A DNA stretch of 64,000 nt from Puniceibacterium sp. (GTDB taxonomy: Bacteria > Pseudomonadota > Alphaproteobacteria > Rhodobacterales > Rhodobacteraceae): the NCBI GenBank assembly GCA_024636635.1, contig JAGXGV010000030.1:186-64185 (forward strand), in the 5' to 3' direction. The notes under the pieces were generated by a model. The model saw only the letters and a program-made list of their open reading frames with translations. It made no database searches and had not been told where the DNA came from. The position numbers and the translations under genes are program-made. Of this stretch, positions 18,613-30,993 are shown piece by piece (within the stretch, counting starts at the first letter, position 1; every line of letters begins with the position of its first letter).

Positions 18613-19433
18613 GTTTAATTATATAGTCGCTTGGAGCGGTAAAGCGAACTGTCAAAGCGCCGCGATCCTGGAAAATTTTAACATTAAGGTCTTCGACAGG
18701 GATCTGGCCAGATGATCGCGCCCATCGGCATAGGTCCGGACCGCTCCCCGGTCCGGCAGGACACAGGCGGATCCTTGCGCGGACATCATTCTGCACCTTG
18801 GCGCCCACAGGACGGGTTCAACCAGTTTTCAACGCTACATGCGCACATCCGAGGACAGGCGTGTCGGCATAGGCCATGGCTTCTGGGGGCCGACACGCAC
18901 CCGAAACGGCCTGTTTCACGAGGTTCCGACCAAACCGTTTTGTCCCATGCCTTGCCACGGGGGGCGCCGTTTCCCGAACCGGCGATGCTGGACGCGCTGG
19001 CCGGGGCCATGCGCAGCTGGCGGGCAGTGATCCAGGATCTTACCTGTGCGCTGCCTGCAACCGAGATTCTGGTGACCCCTTTCGAACGCTTCGCCGACCG
19101 CACCGACAAGCTGCTGTCGCAAATGACCCACGCGTCCCTGCTGCCCAAGGCGCGACCGGGGTGCCTACTGGTACAACCGCTCGCCCGATCTGGGTGCACT
19201 GCGCGTGCTTCTGGCCGACCGGGGCGAGGATCCGCAGCGACTGCCGCAGATGCACGGGCGCTGGCAGCCTTTCAATTGCGACCGGACGGCACGCCTGCGC
19301 GAAACCTACGGCGAAGACCTGTGCTGGCTACGTTCGGGCGCGGACGGCCTGACCCGCTACATCGAGGAACCGGAACCGGACAAGACCAGGCTCACCTGGC
19401 CGCCGGATCTGCTGACAAGAGGACGAACCGACC

Positions 19434-21563
<2,130 letters not shown>

Positions 21564-21705
21564 ACCGGCCACGGCGGTGTGGCAAAGGATCGACACTGTC
21601 CGTGCCCTTAAAAACACACCGGAATGTCGCAACACCGGGCATCTGTTCACATCGCACGCGCTGGCATATCGTCAGCGAATCGTTGCAGGAAAAGGGTGCG
21701 CCGGT

Positions 21706-22320
21706 TTGCTGGTTCTGGATCATATTGCCGTGCTGGCAGAAACGCTGGAAGAGGCCGCGGTACATGTCGAGGCGACGCTTGGTGACCCGCTGCTGCCCGG
21801 CGGCAAGCACGAGCATTTTGCCACCCACAATCAGTTGTTGGGCCTTGGCGGCGGACTCTACCTCGAAGCTATCGCGATCGATCCCGCCGCGCCGCCGAAA
21901 CCCTATCCGCGCTGGTTCGGGCTGGACAGCTTTGTGGGGCGGGCGCGGCTGGACAAATGGGTCTGCCGGGTTGCGGACATGGACGCGGCCCTAGCCGCCC
22001 TGCCGATGGGCGGGCGTGCGGTCAAGCTGAGCCGTGGCACTCTGGAATGGACGATGGCGGTTCCGGATGACGGGCTGCTGCCGTTCGACGGCCTTTTTCC
22101 GGCGTTGATCCAGTGGCTCAGCCCGGTGCCCCCCGGCGCGCTGATGGACCATGGCGGCGCCATGTTCGAACATCTGACGGTGCGCCACCCCCAAGCCGCG
22201 GCGCTTGGCACGCTTCTGGCCCCGCATCTGACCGACAACAGGGTCCATTTCGAAACCGCGCAGACGCCCGGACTGAGCGCCGAGATCCTGACAGATTCGG
22301 GGCGAAGGACACTGCGATGA
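21706..22320 (+). CDS. VOC/Glyoxalase_3 family protein
   Basis: LDHIAV, GGKH..FATHNQLLGLG, YLEAIAIDP, RWFGLD, FPALIQW. TTG start at 21706. Confidence 0.85.
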   Translation: MLVLDHIAVLAETLEEAAVHVEATLGDPLLPGGKHEHFATHNQLLGLGGGLYLEAIAIDPAAPPKPYPRWFGLDSFVGRARLDKWVCRVADMDAALAALPMGGRAVKLSRGTLEWTMAVPDDGLLPFDGLFPALIQWLSPVPPGALMDHGGAMFEHLTVRHPQAAALGTLLAPHLTDNRVHFETAQTPGLSAEILTDSGRRTLR

Positions 22321-22796
22321 TCCTGCGTGCGGCGCGGGCCGGGGATGCGGGCGGGATCGTGGCAATCTGGAACCCGGTGATCGAAAAGACCGCAATCACC
22401 TTCACCACCGACCTCAAGACCGAAGCGGGGATTGCGGCGGATATCGTCGGTCGGAACGGTGCCTTTCTCGTGGCCGAGCGGGACGGAAAAGTGATCGGTT
22501 TTGCGACCTATGGCGCCTTTCGCGGCGGTCCCGGCTACGCATGGACCAGGGAACATTCGATCATGCTGGCACCCGGGGTGCGCGGGCTTGGTCTTGGCCG
22601 CAGCCTGATGCAGGCGCTCTGTGATCATGCAACGGGGCAGGGCGTTCACAGCCTGTGGGCCGGGATCAGTGGCGAAAACCCCGCAGCCGTGCCGTTCCAC
22701 GCCGCACTCGGCTTTGTCGAGGTGGCGCGCCTGCCCGAGGTCGGCTTCAAGTTCGGGCGCTGGATGGACCTGATTCTGATGCAGAAGATGCTCTGA
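22317..22796 (+). CDS. GNAT N-acetyltransferase (Pat/YncA-like)
   Basis: GFATYGAFR, RGLGLG, EVGFKFGRWMDL. Confidence 0.9.
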   Translation: MILRAARAGDAGGIVAIWNPVIEKTAITFTTDLKTEAGIAADIVGRNGAFLVAERDGKVIGFATYGAFRGGPGYAWTREHSIMLAPGVRGLGLGRSLMQALCDHATGQGVHSLWAGISGENPAAVPFHAALGFVEVARLPEVGFKFGRWMDLILMQKML

Positions 22797-22894
22797 TGCC
22801 AGCACTGCGCAACGGGTCATCACGACCCTGCCAGAATTGCTGCAATTGCACGAACGGCGCTGACAACTGTCGGCGGATTGCCTAAACTGATCTC

Positions 22895-23578
22895 ATGTCG
22901 ATCTGGACTCGCATTTCCGAAGCCGTCGCCGCCCTGGCCAAGGGCGAGGGGCTGTCTGCCGTGTTCGACAAACTGCGCACCCCGCCGGAACGGTCGGTCG
23001 CCTTCACCATCGCCGTGATCGCGCTGAGCGCCAAGATGGCCAAGGCAGACGGGCTTGTCACCCGTGCCGAGGTGTCCACCTTCCGCGACATCTTTCACAT
23101 CGCCCCCGAGGACGAGGCCGGCGCGGCGCGCGTGTTCAACCTGGCCCGACAGGACGTTGCCGGATTCGAGGAATATGCCCGCCGCATCAGCGCCATGTTC
23201 GGGAACGAGATGGGAACCCTGTGCGATCTTATGGAGGGTCTGTTCCAGATCGCCATCGCCGATGGTACCTATCACCCGGCCGAGGATGCCTTTCTGAGCC
23301 GGGTCGCCGAACTTTTCGGCCTTTCCGAAAGCCAGTTCCGCGGCCTTCGCACGCGGTTTGTCCCTGACGCGGCACCCGATCCGTTCAGCATCCTGGGCGT
23401 GTCGCCCGACACCCCGCTGCCCGAGATCCGCCGCGCCTGGAAGGCGCTGGTGCGCGACAGTCATCCCGACCGGATGATCGCCCGCGGTGTCCCGCCCGAG
23501 GCGGTAAAGATGTGCGAACGCCGCCTGATCGACATCAACCGCGCCTGGGAAGACATCTCGTCGCGCGCCACGGCGTGA
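22895..23578 (+). CDS. djlA: DjlA-like co-chaperone (TerB + J domain)
   Basis: AKMAKADGLV TerB-like segment; C-terminal J domain with HPD. Confidence 0.88.
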   Translation: MSIWTRISEAVAALAKGEGLSAVFDKLRTPPERSVAFTIAVIALSAKMAKADGLVTRAEVSTFRDIFHIAPEDEAGAARVFNLARQDVAGFEEYARRISAMFGNEMGTLCDLMEGLFQIAIADGTYHPAEDAFLSRVAELFGLSESQFRGLRTRFVPDAAPDPFSILGVSPDTPLPEIRRAWKALVRDSHPDRMIARGVPPEAVKMCERRLIDINRAWEDISSRATA

Positions 23579-24618
23579 CTGGCCCGGAGCAGGACGGCAA
23601 CACGCGGCGCTTGCGACTGGCGACCTACAATGTGGAATGGTTCGACGCCCTGTTCGACGATGCGGGGCGCCTGCTGATGGACGACGAGCCATCGGCCCGG
23701 CACGACATTTCGCGCGCGCGTCAGGCCGAGGCGCTGGGGCTCGTGTTCACCGCGCTTCAGGCCGATGGCGTGATGATCATCGAGGCGCCGGACACCACGC
23801 GCAGGCGCCGCACCGTGACGGCGCTGGAAACCTTTGCCCGCGCCTTTGACCTGCGCACGCGCCGGGCGGTGACCGGCTTTCTCAACGAAACCCAGCAAGA
23901 GATCGCGTTCCTTTACGACCCCGATGTTTTGCAGGTCGGACATGATCCGCTGGACGCCCCCGCGCCCCGTTTCGACGGGACGTTCCACATCGACCTTGAC
24001 GTGGATGCAACCCGCGACCGCGTGACCTTTTCCAAGCCGCCGCTGGAACTGGCAGTCACCACGACGTCGGGTCGCGCGCTGCGGCTGATCGGGGCACATC
24101 TGAAATCCAAGGCGCCGCATGGCGCGCGGACCAGCGATGCGGTGATGCGCCTGTCCATTGCCAACCGCCGCAAGCAGCTGGCACAGGCGATCTGGCTGCG
24201 GGAACGCATCTCGGGGCACCTCGGGCGGGGCGACGCGCTGATCGTGATGGGCGATCTCAACGACGGTCCGGGGCTGGATGAATATGAGGACCTGTTCGGC
24301 CGCTCCTCGGTCGAGATCGTGCTTGGCGAAGGTCTTGCGCCGTCCGACCGACTGTTCGACCCCCATGCCGCCGAGGCGCTGACCCGCCGCATCGGTGCGC
24401 AGCCGTCAACTGCGCGGTTCTACATCAAGGCGCAGCACCGGTATCTGTCCGCATTGCTCGATTACATCATGGTGTCGCCATCGTTGCGCGACCTGTCCCC
24501 GGAATGGCGGATCTGGCATCCGTTCGACGACCCGGACTGCTGGGCCGAACCGACACTGCGCGACGCGCTGCTGACCGCTTCGGATCATTTCCCCGTCACG
24601 CTGGATATTGCGCTTTGA
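23575..24618 (+). CDS. Endonuclease/exonuclease/phosphatase family protein
   Basis: LATYNVEW, HLKSK, MGDLND, LDYIMVS, SDHFPV. Confidence 0.9.
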   Translation: MTGPEQDGNTRRLRLATYNVEWFDALFDDAGRLLMDDEPSARHDISRARQAEALGLVFTALQADGVMIIEAPDTTRRRRTVTALETFARAFDLRTRRAVTGFLNETQQEIAFLYDPDVLQVGHDPLDAPAPRFDGTFHIDLDVDATRDRVTFSKPPLELAVTTTSGRALRLIGAHLKSKAPHGARTSDAVMRLSIANRRKQLAQAIWLRERISGHLGRGDALIVMGDLNDGPGLDEYEDLFGRSSVEIVLGEGLAPSDRLFDPHAAEALTRRIGAQPSTARFYIKAQHRYLSALLDYIMVSPSLRDLSPEWRIWHPFDDPDCWAEPTLRDALLTASDHFPVTLDIAL

Positions 24619-24656
24619 CCCTTTGCGCGGGCTGGGCGACTGCCTATATTCCCGTT

Positions 24657-25052
24657 ATGAAAAAGATCGCGACCGCCGCACTGATCGTCACCCTTGCCGC
24701 GCCCCTGTCAGCCCAGGAGGCCGAGGACGAAGGGTTTGACCTGATGAAGGAGGGCGCGCGCCAGATGTTCCGCGGCCTGATGGACGACCTTGGTCCCGCC
24801 CTGGACGACCTTCAGGGGCTTGCCGAAGAAATGCGCCCCCGGGTGCGCGACTTTGCCCAGGAAATGGGGCCTGCCCTGCGTGATCTCATGTCAGAGGTCG
24901 AGGATTGGTCGGTCTATCACCCGCCCGAGATGCTGCCCAACGGCGACATCATCCTGCGCCACAAAACGCCCGAGGAACTGGCCGAACCCGATGGCGACCC
25001 CGGCACCGATCCGGGCACCGGCCCCGAGCCGGGCGAACAGATCGACATCTGA
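24657..25052 (+). CDS. Secreted hypothetical protein
   Basis: Signal peptide; YHPPEMLPNGDII; RpoH-like TTG-N17-CCTATAT directly upstream. Confidence 0.82.
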   Translation: MKKIATAALIVTLAAPLSAQEAEDEGFDLMKEGARQMFRGLMDDLGPALDDLQGLAEEMRPRVRDFAQEMGPALRDLMSEVEDWSVYHPPEMLPNGDIILRHKTPEELAEPDGDPGTDPGTGPEPGEQIDI

Positions 25053-25082
25053 CGCAGAGCTTTACGCGCCCTGACGCATGGT

Positions 25083-26627
25083 TCAGCGCAATCTGATATC
25101 ACTCTGCGCACCCATCGACCGGGCCAAAGAGGCAAAGCGCGCCTCGGCCACCTCGCCAAACAGCGGCTGCGCCTGTTTGGTCAGGACCAGCCGCAGCACT
25201 TTTTTCTTGGGCTGCCATTCCAGAGACGCGCCATCCTGCGCCGTGTCCGACATCCATAGCATCGCGCCAAAGCGCATGGCCTTGCCCAGAATCTCGGCCT
25301 CCTGCTTGCCCTTGTCATCGATCAGTTCGTAAAGTTCCTCGAACCGGGTGCCTTCGCGTTTGTTTCGGTAGCGGTGCAGCAGGGCAAGGCCCAGGAACAC
25401 ACGCTCGCGGTGGCTGAGCCCGCCAAGGTTGGCGCGGGTTGCATTGTCGAAACAGGTTTCGGCGCGATAATCGGGATGGGCGCGCCAGCTGACATCGTGC
25501 AGCAGGCAGGCCGCCTTGACCAGCCGCAGGCGCGCTTCGGGCGCATTGCGAAAGATCGGCAGCACGAACTTGAAGAGTTTCTTGCCAAAGCCCGGAAGGC
25601 GGGCATCCTTGGCTTCGGCAAAGCGGCAGGCTTCGATCAGCGGATCGCGGTCGCGCAACTGCTGGGGCATCTGTTCGTACAGCAACCCTTCGCGGATGCC
25701 ATAGCTGGAAATCGCGATGTCCTTCGGCTTGAACACCTGCACCAACCGGCGCAGCACTTCGGCGGCATAGGGAACCAGCGCCATCCGCGCCGAGGACAGG
25801 TTGCAGTCGCTGCGCAGCGCCTCCAGATCGGCCTTATCGATGAACTTGACGGTCGCTTGCACCGTCTTGGCGGTCATGCGGTATTCGTGCAGCACGTGCA
25901 GCGGGTATTGCTGGCGATGCATGTCGATCCGTGCAATGGCGCGCCAGGACCCGCCGACCAGGAACAACCGGTCGCGCTGGGTGCCCATGAACTGTGACAG
26001 CTCATCCATCGTTTCGCGGATCGCCGCGTCGCGCTGTTTCTTGCCGCCCGCCATGTCGCGCAGCTTGAGCGGACCCAGATCCGAACTGATGCGTCGGCCC
26101 ACGCGACCGTCGGCAATCTCGGCCAGTTCCATCGACGATCCGCCCACATCGCAGATCAGCCCGTAGCTGCCGGGCCAGCCCAGCAGCACGCCTTGGGCCG
26201 ACAGACGCGCCTCTTCCTCGCCATCGATCACCCAGATGCGCAGACCGGTGGCGGCTTCGACCTCTTCACGGAAGGCCGGGCCATCCTCGGCCTCGCGCAT
26301 GGCGGCGGTGGCCACGGCGGTCAGCGGGGGCAGGTTCATGCCATCTGCCAGCATCTGAAAGCGGCGGATGGCGCCAAAGGCGCGCTTCTTGCCCTCGGGG
26401 TTAAGCCGCCCGGTCTCGGACATGCCGGCCCCCAGGCCGCACATGATCTTTTCATTGTAGAAATATGCCGGAGAGCGCGCGGCGCCGTCGAAAACCACAA
26501 GCCGGACCGAGTTCGAGCCGATGTCGATGACCCCGACACGTGACAGGCCCCGCGCCAGCGCATCGTCGAAAAGGGGCCGCCCGAAGGGTGCCCATTCCGG
26601 GTGGTATGGGTCCAAAGTGCTGTCCAT
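25083..26627 (-). CDS. ppx: Exopolyphosphatase Ppx/GppA
   Basis: IDIGSNSVRL, ATAAMREA, DVGGSSME, LLHDVSW. Confidence 0.93.
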   Translation of the reverse strand: MDSTLDPYHPEWAPFGRPLFDDALARGLSRVGVIDIGSNSVRLVVFDGAARSPAYFYNEKIMCGLGAGMSETGRLNPEGKKRAFGAIRRFQMLADGMNLPPLTAVATAAMREAEDGPAFREEVEAATGLRIWVIDGEEEARLSAQGVLLGWPGSYGLICDVGGSSMELAEIADGRVGRRISSDLGPLKLRDMAGGKKQRDAAIRETMDELSQFMGTQRDRLFLVGGSWRAIARIDMHRQQYPLHVLHEYRMTAKTVQATVKFIDKADLEALRSDCNLSSARMALVPYAAEVLRRLVQVFKPKDIAISSYGIREGLLYEQMPQQLRDRDPLIEACRFAEAKDARLPGFGKKLFKFVLPIFRNAPEARLRLVKAACLLHDVSWRAHPDYRAETCFDNATRANLGGLSHRERVFLGLALLHRYRNKREGTRFEELYELIDDKGKQEAEILGKAMRFGAMLWMSDTAQDGASLEWQPKKKVLRLVLTKQAQPLFGEVAEARFASLARSMGAQSDIRLR

Positions 26628-26740
26628 GATCACCCCCTTCAGCCTGCGCGCAACATGCCGCAGCGGCCGCGGCACGTCAAGAAAACTGCCCGCCTGATTT
26701 GCAGCGCAGGCGCTTTTGCGGGCGCGCGCCTCGTGCGCGG

Positions 26741-28918
26741 TCAACTGTCGTCGGTATGCGTGAGCTGCGGCACATCCTTGGCCCCAGCCGATCCACGGCC
26801 CGACAGCGACGGGTTTTCCATGAAGAACCGGTGGCAATTGAAGGAAAACTCGCCTTCGGGCAGGTGATGCCGCACAAAGGCGCCCGACGGTTCCATGACC
26901 CAGCTTTGCGCGGTATCGGCCAGGTTCGCTGCCATGATCTGACTGACGATCTGGGCCTTGACGGTGTCGTTCTCGATCTCGATCAGGGTTTCGACCCGCC
27001 GGGACAGGTTGCGCCCCATCCAGTCCGCGGACGAGATAAAGACACGCGCCTTGCGGTGCGGCAGGCCGTAGCCATTGCCGAAACAGGCGATCCGGCTGTG
27101 TTCCAGAAACCGCCCGACAATGGATTTCACCCGGATGTTCTCGGAAAGCCCCTTGATGCCGGGGCGGATGCCGCAGATGCCCCGGATGACAAGGTCGATC
27201 TTCACACCGGCGCCGGACGCGGCATAAAGCGCGTCGATGATGTTCGGCTCGATCAGCGAATTCATCTTGACCCAGATCTGCGCAGGCTTGCCAGCCCTTG
27301 CATGGGCCGCCTCGGCCTCGATCAGCGATATGATCCGCGGCTTTAGCGAATGGGGCGAAATGGCGAGGTTTTCCAGTTGTTCCGGCAGGGCATAACCCGA
27401 GAGATAGTTGAAAACCTTCGATGCATCGCGCCCCAGCTTGCGGTCGCAGGTGAAGAAACTGAGGTCGGTATAGATCTTGGCGGTGATCGGATGGTAATTG
27501 CCGGTGCCGTAATGGGTGTAGGTCACCAGCTTCTCACCTTCGCGGCGCACGACGGCGCTGATCTTGGCATGGGTCTTCCAGTCAAGAAAGCCATAGACCA
27601 CATGCGCGCCCGACCGTTCCAGACGACGCGACTGACGGATATTCGCGGCCTCGTCGAACCGCGCCTTGAGTTCGACCAGCGCGGTCACCGACTTGCCATC
27701 CTCTGCCGCCTCGCACAGCGCATCCACGATGGGCGAATTGCGCGAGGTGCGGTACAGCGTCTGTTTGATAGCCACCACGTTGGGATCGCGTGCCGCCTGG
27801 GCCAGAAACCGCGTCACCATCTCGAAGGTCTCGTAGGGGTGGTGCAGCAGCATGTCCTTCTGGCGGATCGCGGCGAACATGTCGCCATCATGGTCCTGCA
27901 CCCGTTCCGGCACACGCGGGGTGAACAGCGGCCACAGCAGATCGTGGCGTTCGTCCAGCACCAGTTCCTTGAGGTCGGCGGCGCCGAGCATGCCCTCAAG
28001 CTCGATCACCTCGTCATCCTTGACGTGCAATTCGCGCATTACCACGGATTTCAGGCTTTTGGGCGCACCGGCCGAAATTGTCAGGCGCACAACCTCGCCG
28101 CGGCGGCGTCGTTTCAGCGCCACCTCGAATTCGCGCACCAGATCCTCGGCCTCTTCCTCGACCTCGAGATCGCTGTCGCGCAGCACGCGGAACCCGAAAT
28201 GGTCCTTGATGCGGTAGCCGGGAAAAAGGCTGTCGATGTGCAAAAGCAGCACATCCTCGAGAAAGATGAACCGGCTCTGGCCGGACTCGGCGTTCAGGGC
28301 GACGAAACGGTCGATCTGCGCCGGGATCGGCAGCAGCGCCTGAAGCGTGCGTTTGTCCCGGCTGCGTTCCAGTTGCAGTGCCAGACAATAGCCGTTGTTG
28401 GCGATGAACGGAAAAGGGTGCGCGGGGTCGATGGCCAGCGGCGACAGGACTGGAAAGATCTGTTCAAGGAAGGTTTCGGCCAGATGTTCGGCATCCGCAT
28501 TGGTCAGCGCCTCACGGGTGACGATGGTGATGCCCTGGGTTTCCATCTCGGCGCGCAGGGCGGTCAGCACGCGCTGCTGCGACGCCATGAGCTTGCGCGC
28601 ATCTTCGTTGATCAGAACAAGCTGTGCCAGCGGCGTCAGCCCGTCGGCGGCCGGCGTCGTGTTGCCTGCCTGGGCCAGTTCGCGCAGGCCGGCCACGAGC
28701 ACGGTGTAGAATTCATCAAGGTTGGCAGCCGAGATCGACACGAAGCGCAGCCGCTCCAGCAAGGGCACGCGCGGATTCTCGTCCTCTTCCAGCACCCGCC
28801 AGTTGAACCCAAGCCAGCTTAGTTCGCGGTTGTAGAACCGTCCCGGTCCGGTCAGATCCACATCGGGCATCTCGACCGGTTCGGGAAGCTTGGCTTTCAG
28901 GAAATCTGCTTGTGTCAT
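26741..28918 (-). CDS. ppk1: Polyphosphate kinase 1
   Basis: NRELSWL, LLHHPYE, ELKARFDE, KTHAK, GTGNY, GRFLEHSR. Confidence 0.96.
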   Translation of the reverse strand: MTQADFLKAKLPEPVEMPDVDLTGPGRFYNRELSWLGFNWRVLEEDENPRVPLLERLRFVSISAANLDEFYTVLVAGLRELAQAGNTTPAADGLTPLAQLVLINEDARKLMASQQRVLTALRAEMETQGITIVTREALTNADAEHLAETFLEQIFPVLSPLAIDPAHPFPFIANNGYCLALQLERSRDKRTLQALLPIPAQIDRFVALNAESGQSRFIFLEDVLLLHIDSLFPGYRIKDHFGFRVLRDSDLEVEEEAEDLVREFEVALKRRRRGEVVRLTISAGAPKSLKSVVMRELHVKDDEVIELEGMLGAADLKELVLDERHDLLWPLFTPRVPERVQDHDGDMFAAIRQKDMLLHHPYETFEMVTRFLAQAARDPNVVAIKQTLYRTSRNSPIVDALCEAAEDGKSVTALVELKARFDEAANIRQSRRLERSGAHVVYGFLDWKTHAKISAVVRREGEKLVTYTHYGTGNYHPITAKIYTDLSFFTCDRKLGRDASKVFNYLSGYALPEQLENLAISPHSLKPRIISLIEAEAAHARAGKPAQIWVKMNSLIEPNIIDALYAASGAGVKIDLVIRGICGIRPGIKGLSENIRVKSIVGRFLEHSRIACFGNGYGLPHRKARVFISSADWMGRNLSRRVETLIEIENDTVKAQIVSQIMAANLADTAQSWVMEPSGAFVRHHLPEGEFSFNCHRFFMENPSLSGRGSAGAKDVPQLTHTDDS

Positions 28919-28957
28919 GGCGGCCTTATTATGGGTGCCTGTAACGTCCGTGTGACG

Positions 28958-29653
28958 TCAGGGGGTGTCTTCGTCGCTTTCCGGATTGAGTTCGGACAGG
29001 ACGCTCCGGGCCAGCATCCGGCTCGCCCCCTTGGGCGTGCCAAGCGCGGCATCGTCGATCGCATCCACCAGCTTTCCGGCCATGTCAAAGGACCGTGGCA
29101 TGTGCCGCACAAGATAGGGGATCGCGTCCGGGGCAGGCACGATCTGGCGGTCGGCGAACATCTTGGCCAGCACGGCGCTCAGCAGATCGTCGTCCGGGTG
29201 ACTCAGACGGGCGGTATGCGTGCCCATGACCCGGCTGGCAAGGTCGGGCAGCCCAAGATCCCACTGGGCAGGCGGCTCGATCGCGGTCAGCAACAGCGAA
29301 TGGCCCTGCGCCAGCGTCAGGTTGTGAAGATGGAACAGCGCCGCTTCGGCCTCGGGGTTGCCCGCGATCTCCGGCACATCCTCGACGCAGACGTCGCCTT
29401 CGGACAGCTGTGCGATGTCGGCGCCGGGCAGGTCGTGCGCCTGCAACAGGGTGGCGCCGGACTCGGCGCGCCAGACATGGGCAAGGTGGGTTTTGCCCGA
29501 CCCCTTGGGACCGGTCAGCACCAGCTTGCGCCCCGGCCAGTCGCGCCATCCGTCGATCTGGACCGTGGCCAGAGCATTGGTTTGCGAGACGTAGAAATCC
29601 CCGCGCCCCAAGGCGGGGCGGAAAGGCAGGTGAAGCTTCAACTGTCGGGACAT
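28958..29653 (-). CDS. hda: DnaA regulatory inactivator HdaA
   Basis: N-terminal QLKLHL clamp-binding motif, GPKGSGKTHL, LFHLHN, LPDLASR. Confidence 0.88.
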   Translation of the reverse strand: MSRQLKLHLPFRPALGRGDFYVSQTNALATVQIDGWRDWPGRKLVLTGPKGSGKTHLAHVWRAESGATLLQAHDLPGADIAQLSEGDVCVEDVPEIAGNPEAEAALFHLHNLTLAQGHSLLLTAIEPPAQWDLGLPDLASRVMGTHTARLSHPDDDLLSAVLAKMFADRQIVPAPDAIPYLVRHMPRSFDMAGKLVDAIDDAALGTPKGASRMLARSVLSELNPESDEDTP

Positions 29654-29657
29654 GCGT

Positions 29658-30755
29658 TCAGCCCTGACGGTCGTGCAGGCTATACGGCTCGGCCACAGTC
29701 ACCGGGCGGGAACCCGACCCGCTGTAAAGCGTGCTGTCCTTGTAGCGCGCGATTGCAAAGCGGGCGACCACGCCGATGGCAGCCGCCATAGGCACCGCGA
29801 TCAGCATGCCGACAAATCCGAACAGCGTGCCGAAGACCGACAGCGCAAAGATCAGCCAGACCGGGTGCAGCCCGACGGAATCGCCGACCAGCTTGGGAGT
29901 CAGGACATTGCCCTCGATCACCTGTCCCAGCACGAAGATCCCGGCGACCAGCCCCAGCGACACCCAGTCGCCCCAGAACTGGAACAGCCCGAGCCCGATG
30001 GCCAGCGTGCCGCCCACAAGCGCGCCCACATAGGGGATGAAGGTGATCAAACCCGCGATGAACCCGACGACAAGGCCGAACTGCAAGCCGACAAGCATCA
30101 GCGCGATGGCGTAATAGGTGCCCAAAATCAGGCAGACCGTGCCCATGCCCCGGATGAACGACGCAAGCGTGGTGTCGATATCACGCGCCAGCATGCGGAT
30201 GGTCGGCGCGTGATCACGCGGCAGCATATCGTCAATGCGCGCCACCATCTTGTCCCAGTCCAGCAGCAGATAGACCGACACCACCGGCACCACGACAAAC
30301 AGCACGACGATGTTGAGGATCGACGCCGCCGAGGCGAGGGCAGTGTTGAGCAACTCTCCGCCCCGGTCGCGGATGGTGTTGCCGATCGACACCAGCGTCT
30401 CGCGCACCACGCCGCCTTCGTCCAGCAGGTTGGGAAAGCGTTCGGCAAGAAACGTCTGGAGGTTGTTGAACAGTTGCGGCGCCGTATTGATCAGCTGGCC
30501 CGCCTGCTGGATCAGCGTCGGCACGACCAGAAGCATCAGCAGCACGAAGATCAGGATGGCGACCAGTGTAATGGTTGCCGTGGCCAGCGCGCGGCTGAAG
30601 CCGAGCCGTTGCAGCCTGTCCGCGATCGGATCGAGGAAATAGGCGATAGCCCCGCCGATCAGGAAAGGCAGCAGGACATTGCCAAGAAGCCACAGCGCCA
30701 GGATGAAGACGAGCGTCGCGATGCCCCAGTATTTCAATTGATCACGTGCGGGCAA
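29658..30755 (-). CDS. AI-2E family transporter
   Basis: AYFLDP, FIPYVG, LTPKLVGDSVGLHPVW. Confidence 0.92.
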   Translation of the reverse strand: MPARDQLKYWGIATLVFILALWLLGNVLLPFLIGGAIAYFLDPIADRLQRLGFSRALATATITLVAILIFVLLMLLVVPTLIQQAGQLINTAPQLFNNLQTFLAERFPNLLDEGGVVRETLVSIGNTIRDRGGELLNTALASAASILNIVVLFVVVPVVSVYLLLDWDKMVARIDDMLPRDHAPTIRMLARDIDTTLASFIRGMGTVCLILGTYYAIALMLVGLQFGLVVGFIAGLITFIPYVGALVGGTLAIGLGLFQFWGDWVSLGLVAGIFVLGQVIEGNVLTPKLVGDSVGLHPVWLIFALSVFGTLFGFVGMLIAVPMAAAIGVVARFAIARYKDSTLYSGSGSRPVTVAEPYSLHDRQG

Positions 30756-30993
30756 TGGCAGTGTCCTCTCGGTGGCGGGAACATCCTTGTTACATCGCTG
30801 TTTGTGACGCCGGATTCAAGGCCCCGGGCGCCCGCGGCTCCGCCCATACGGCCGGGCGAGCCACGTCGCCGCCCGTTCACCGCCCGTTCACCACCTGTGG
30901 CCGCAGGCAAATCGTCTCTCCTCCGCCCCTTGCCAAGCCGCTCCCCTTGGCTCACAACCCGGGACGAGCCATTTTCGTCCAGAGGAAGACCCG

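Noticed and set aside
21706-22320. VOC gene after mcm as methylmalonyl-CoA epimerase
   Set aside because: Motifs fit Glyoxalase_3 (GGKH..THN, RWFGLD), and at about 204 aa it is much longer than the epimerase.
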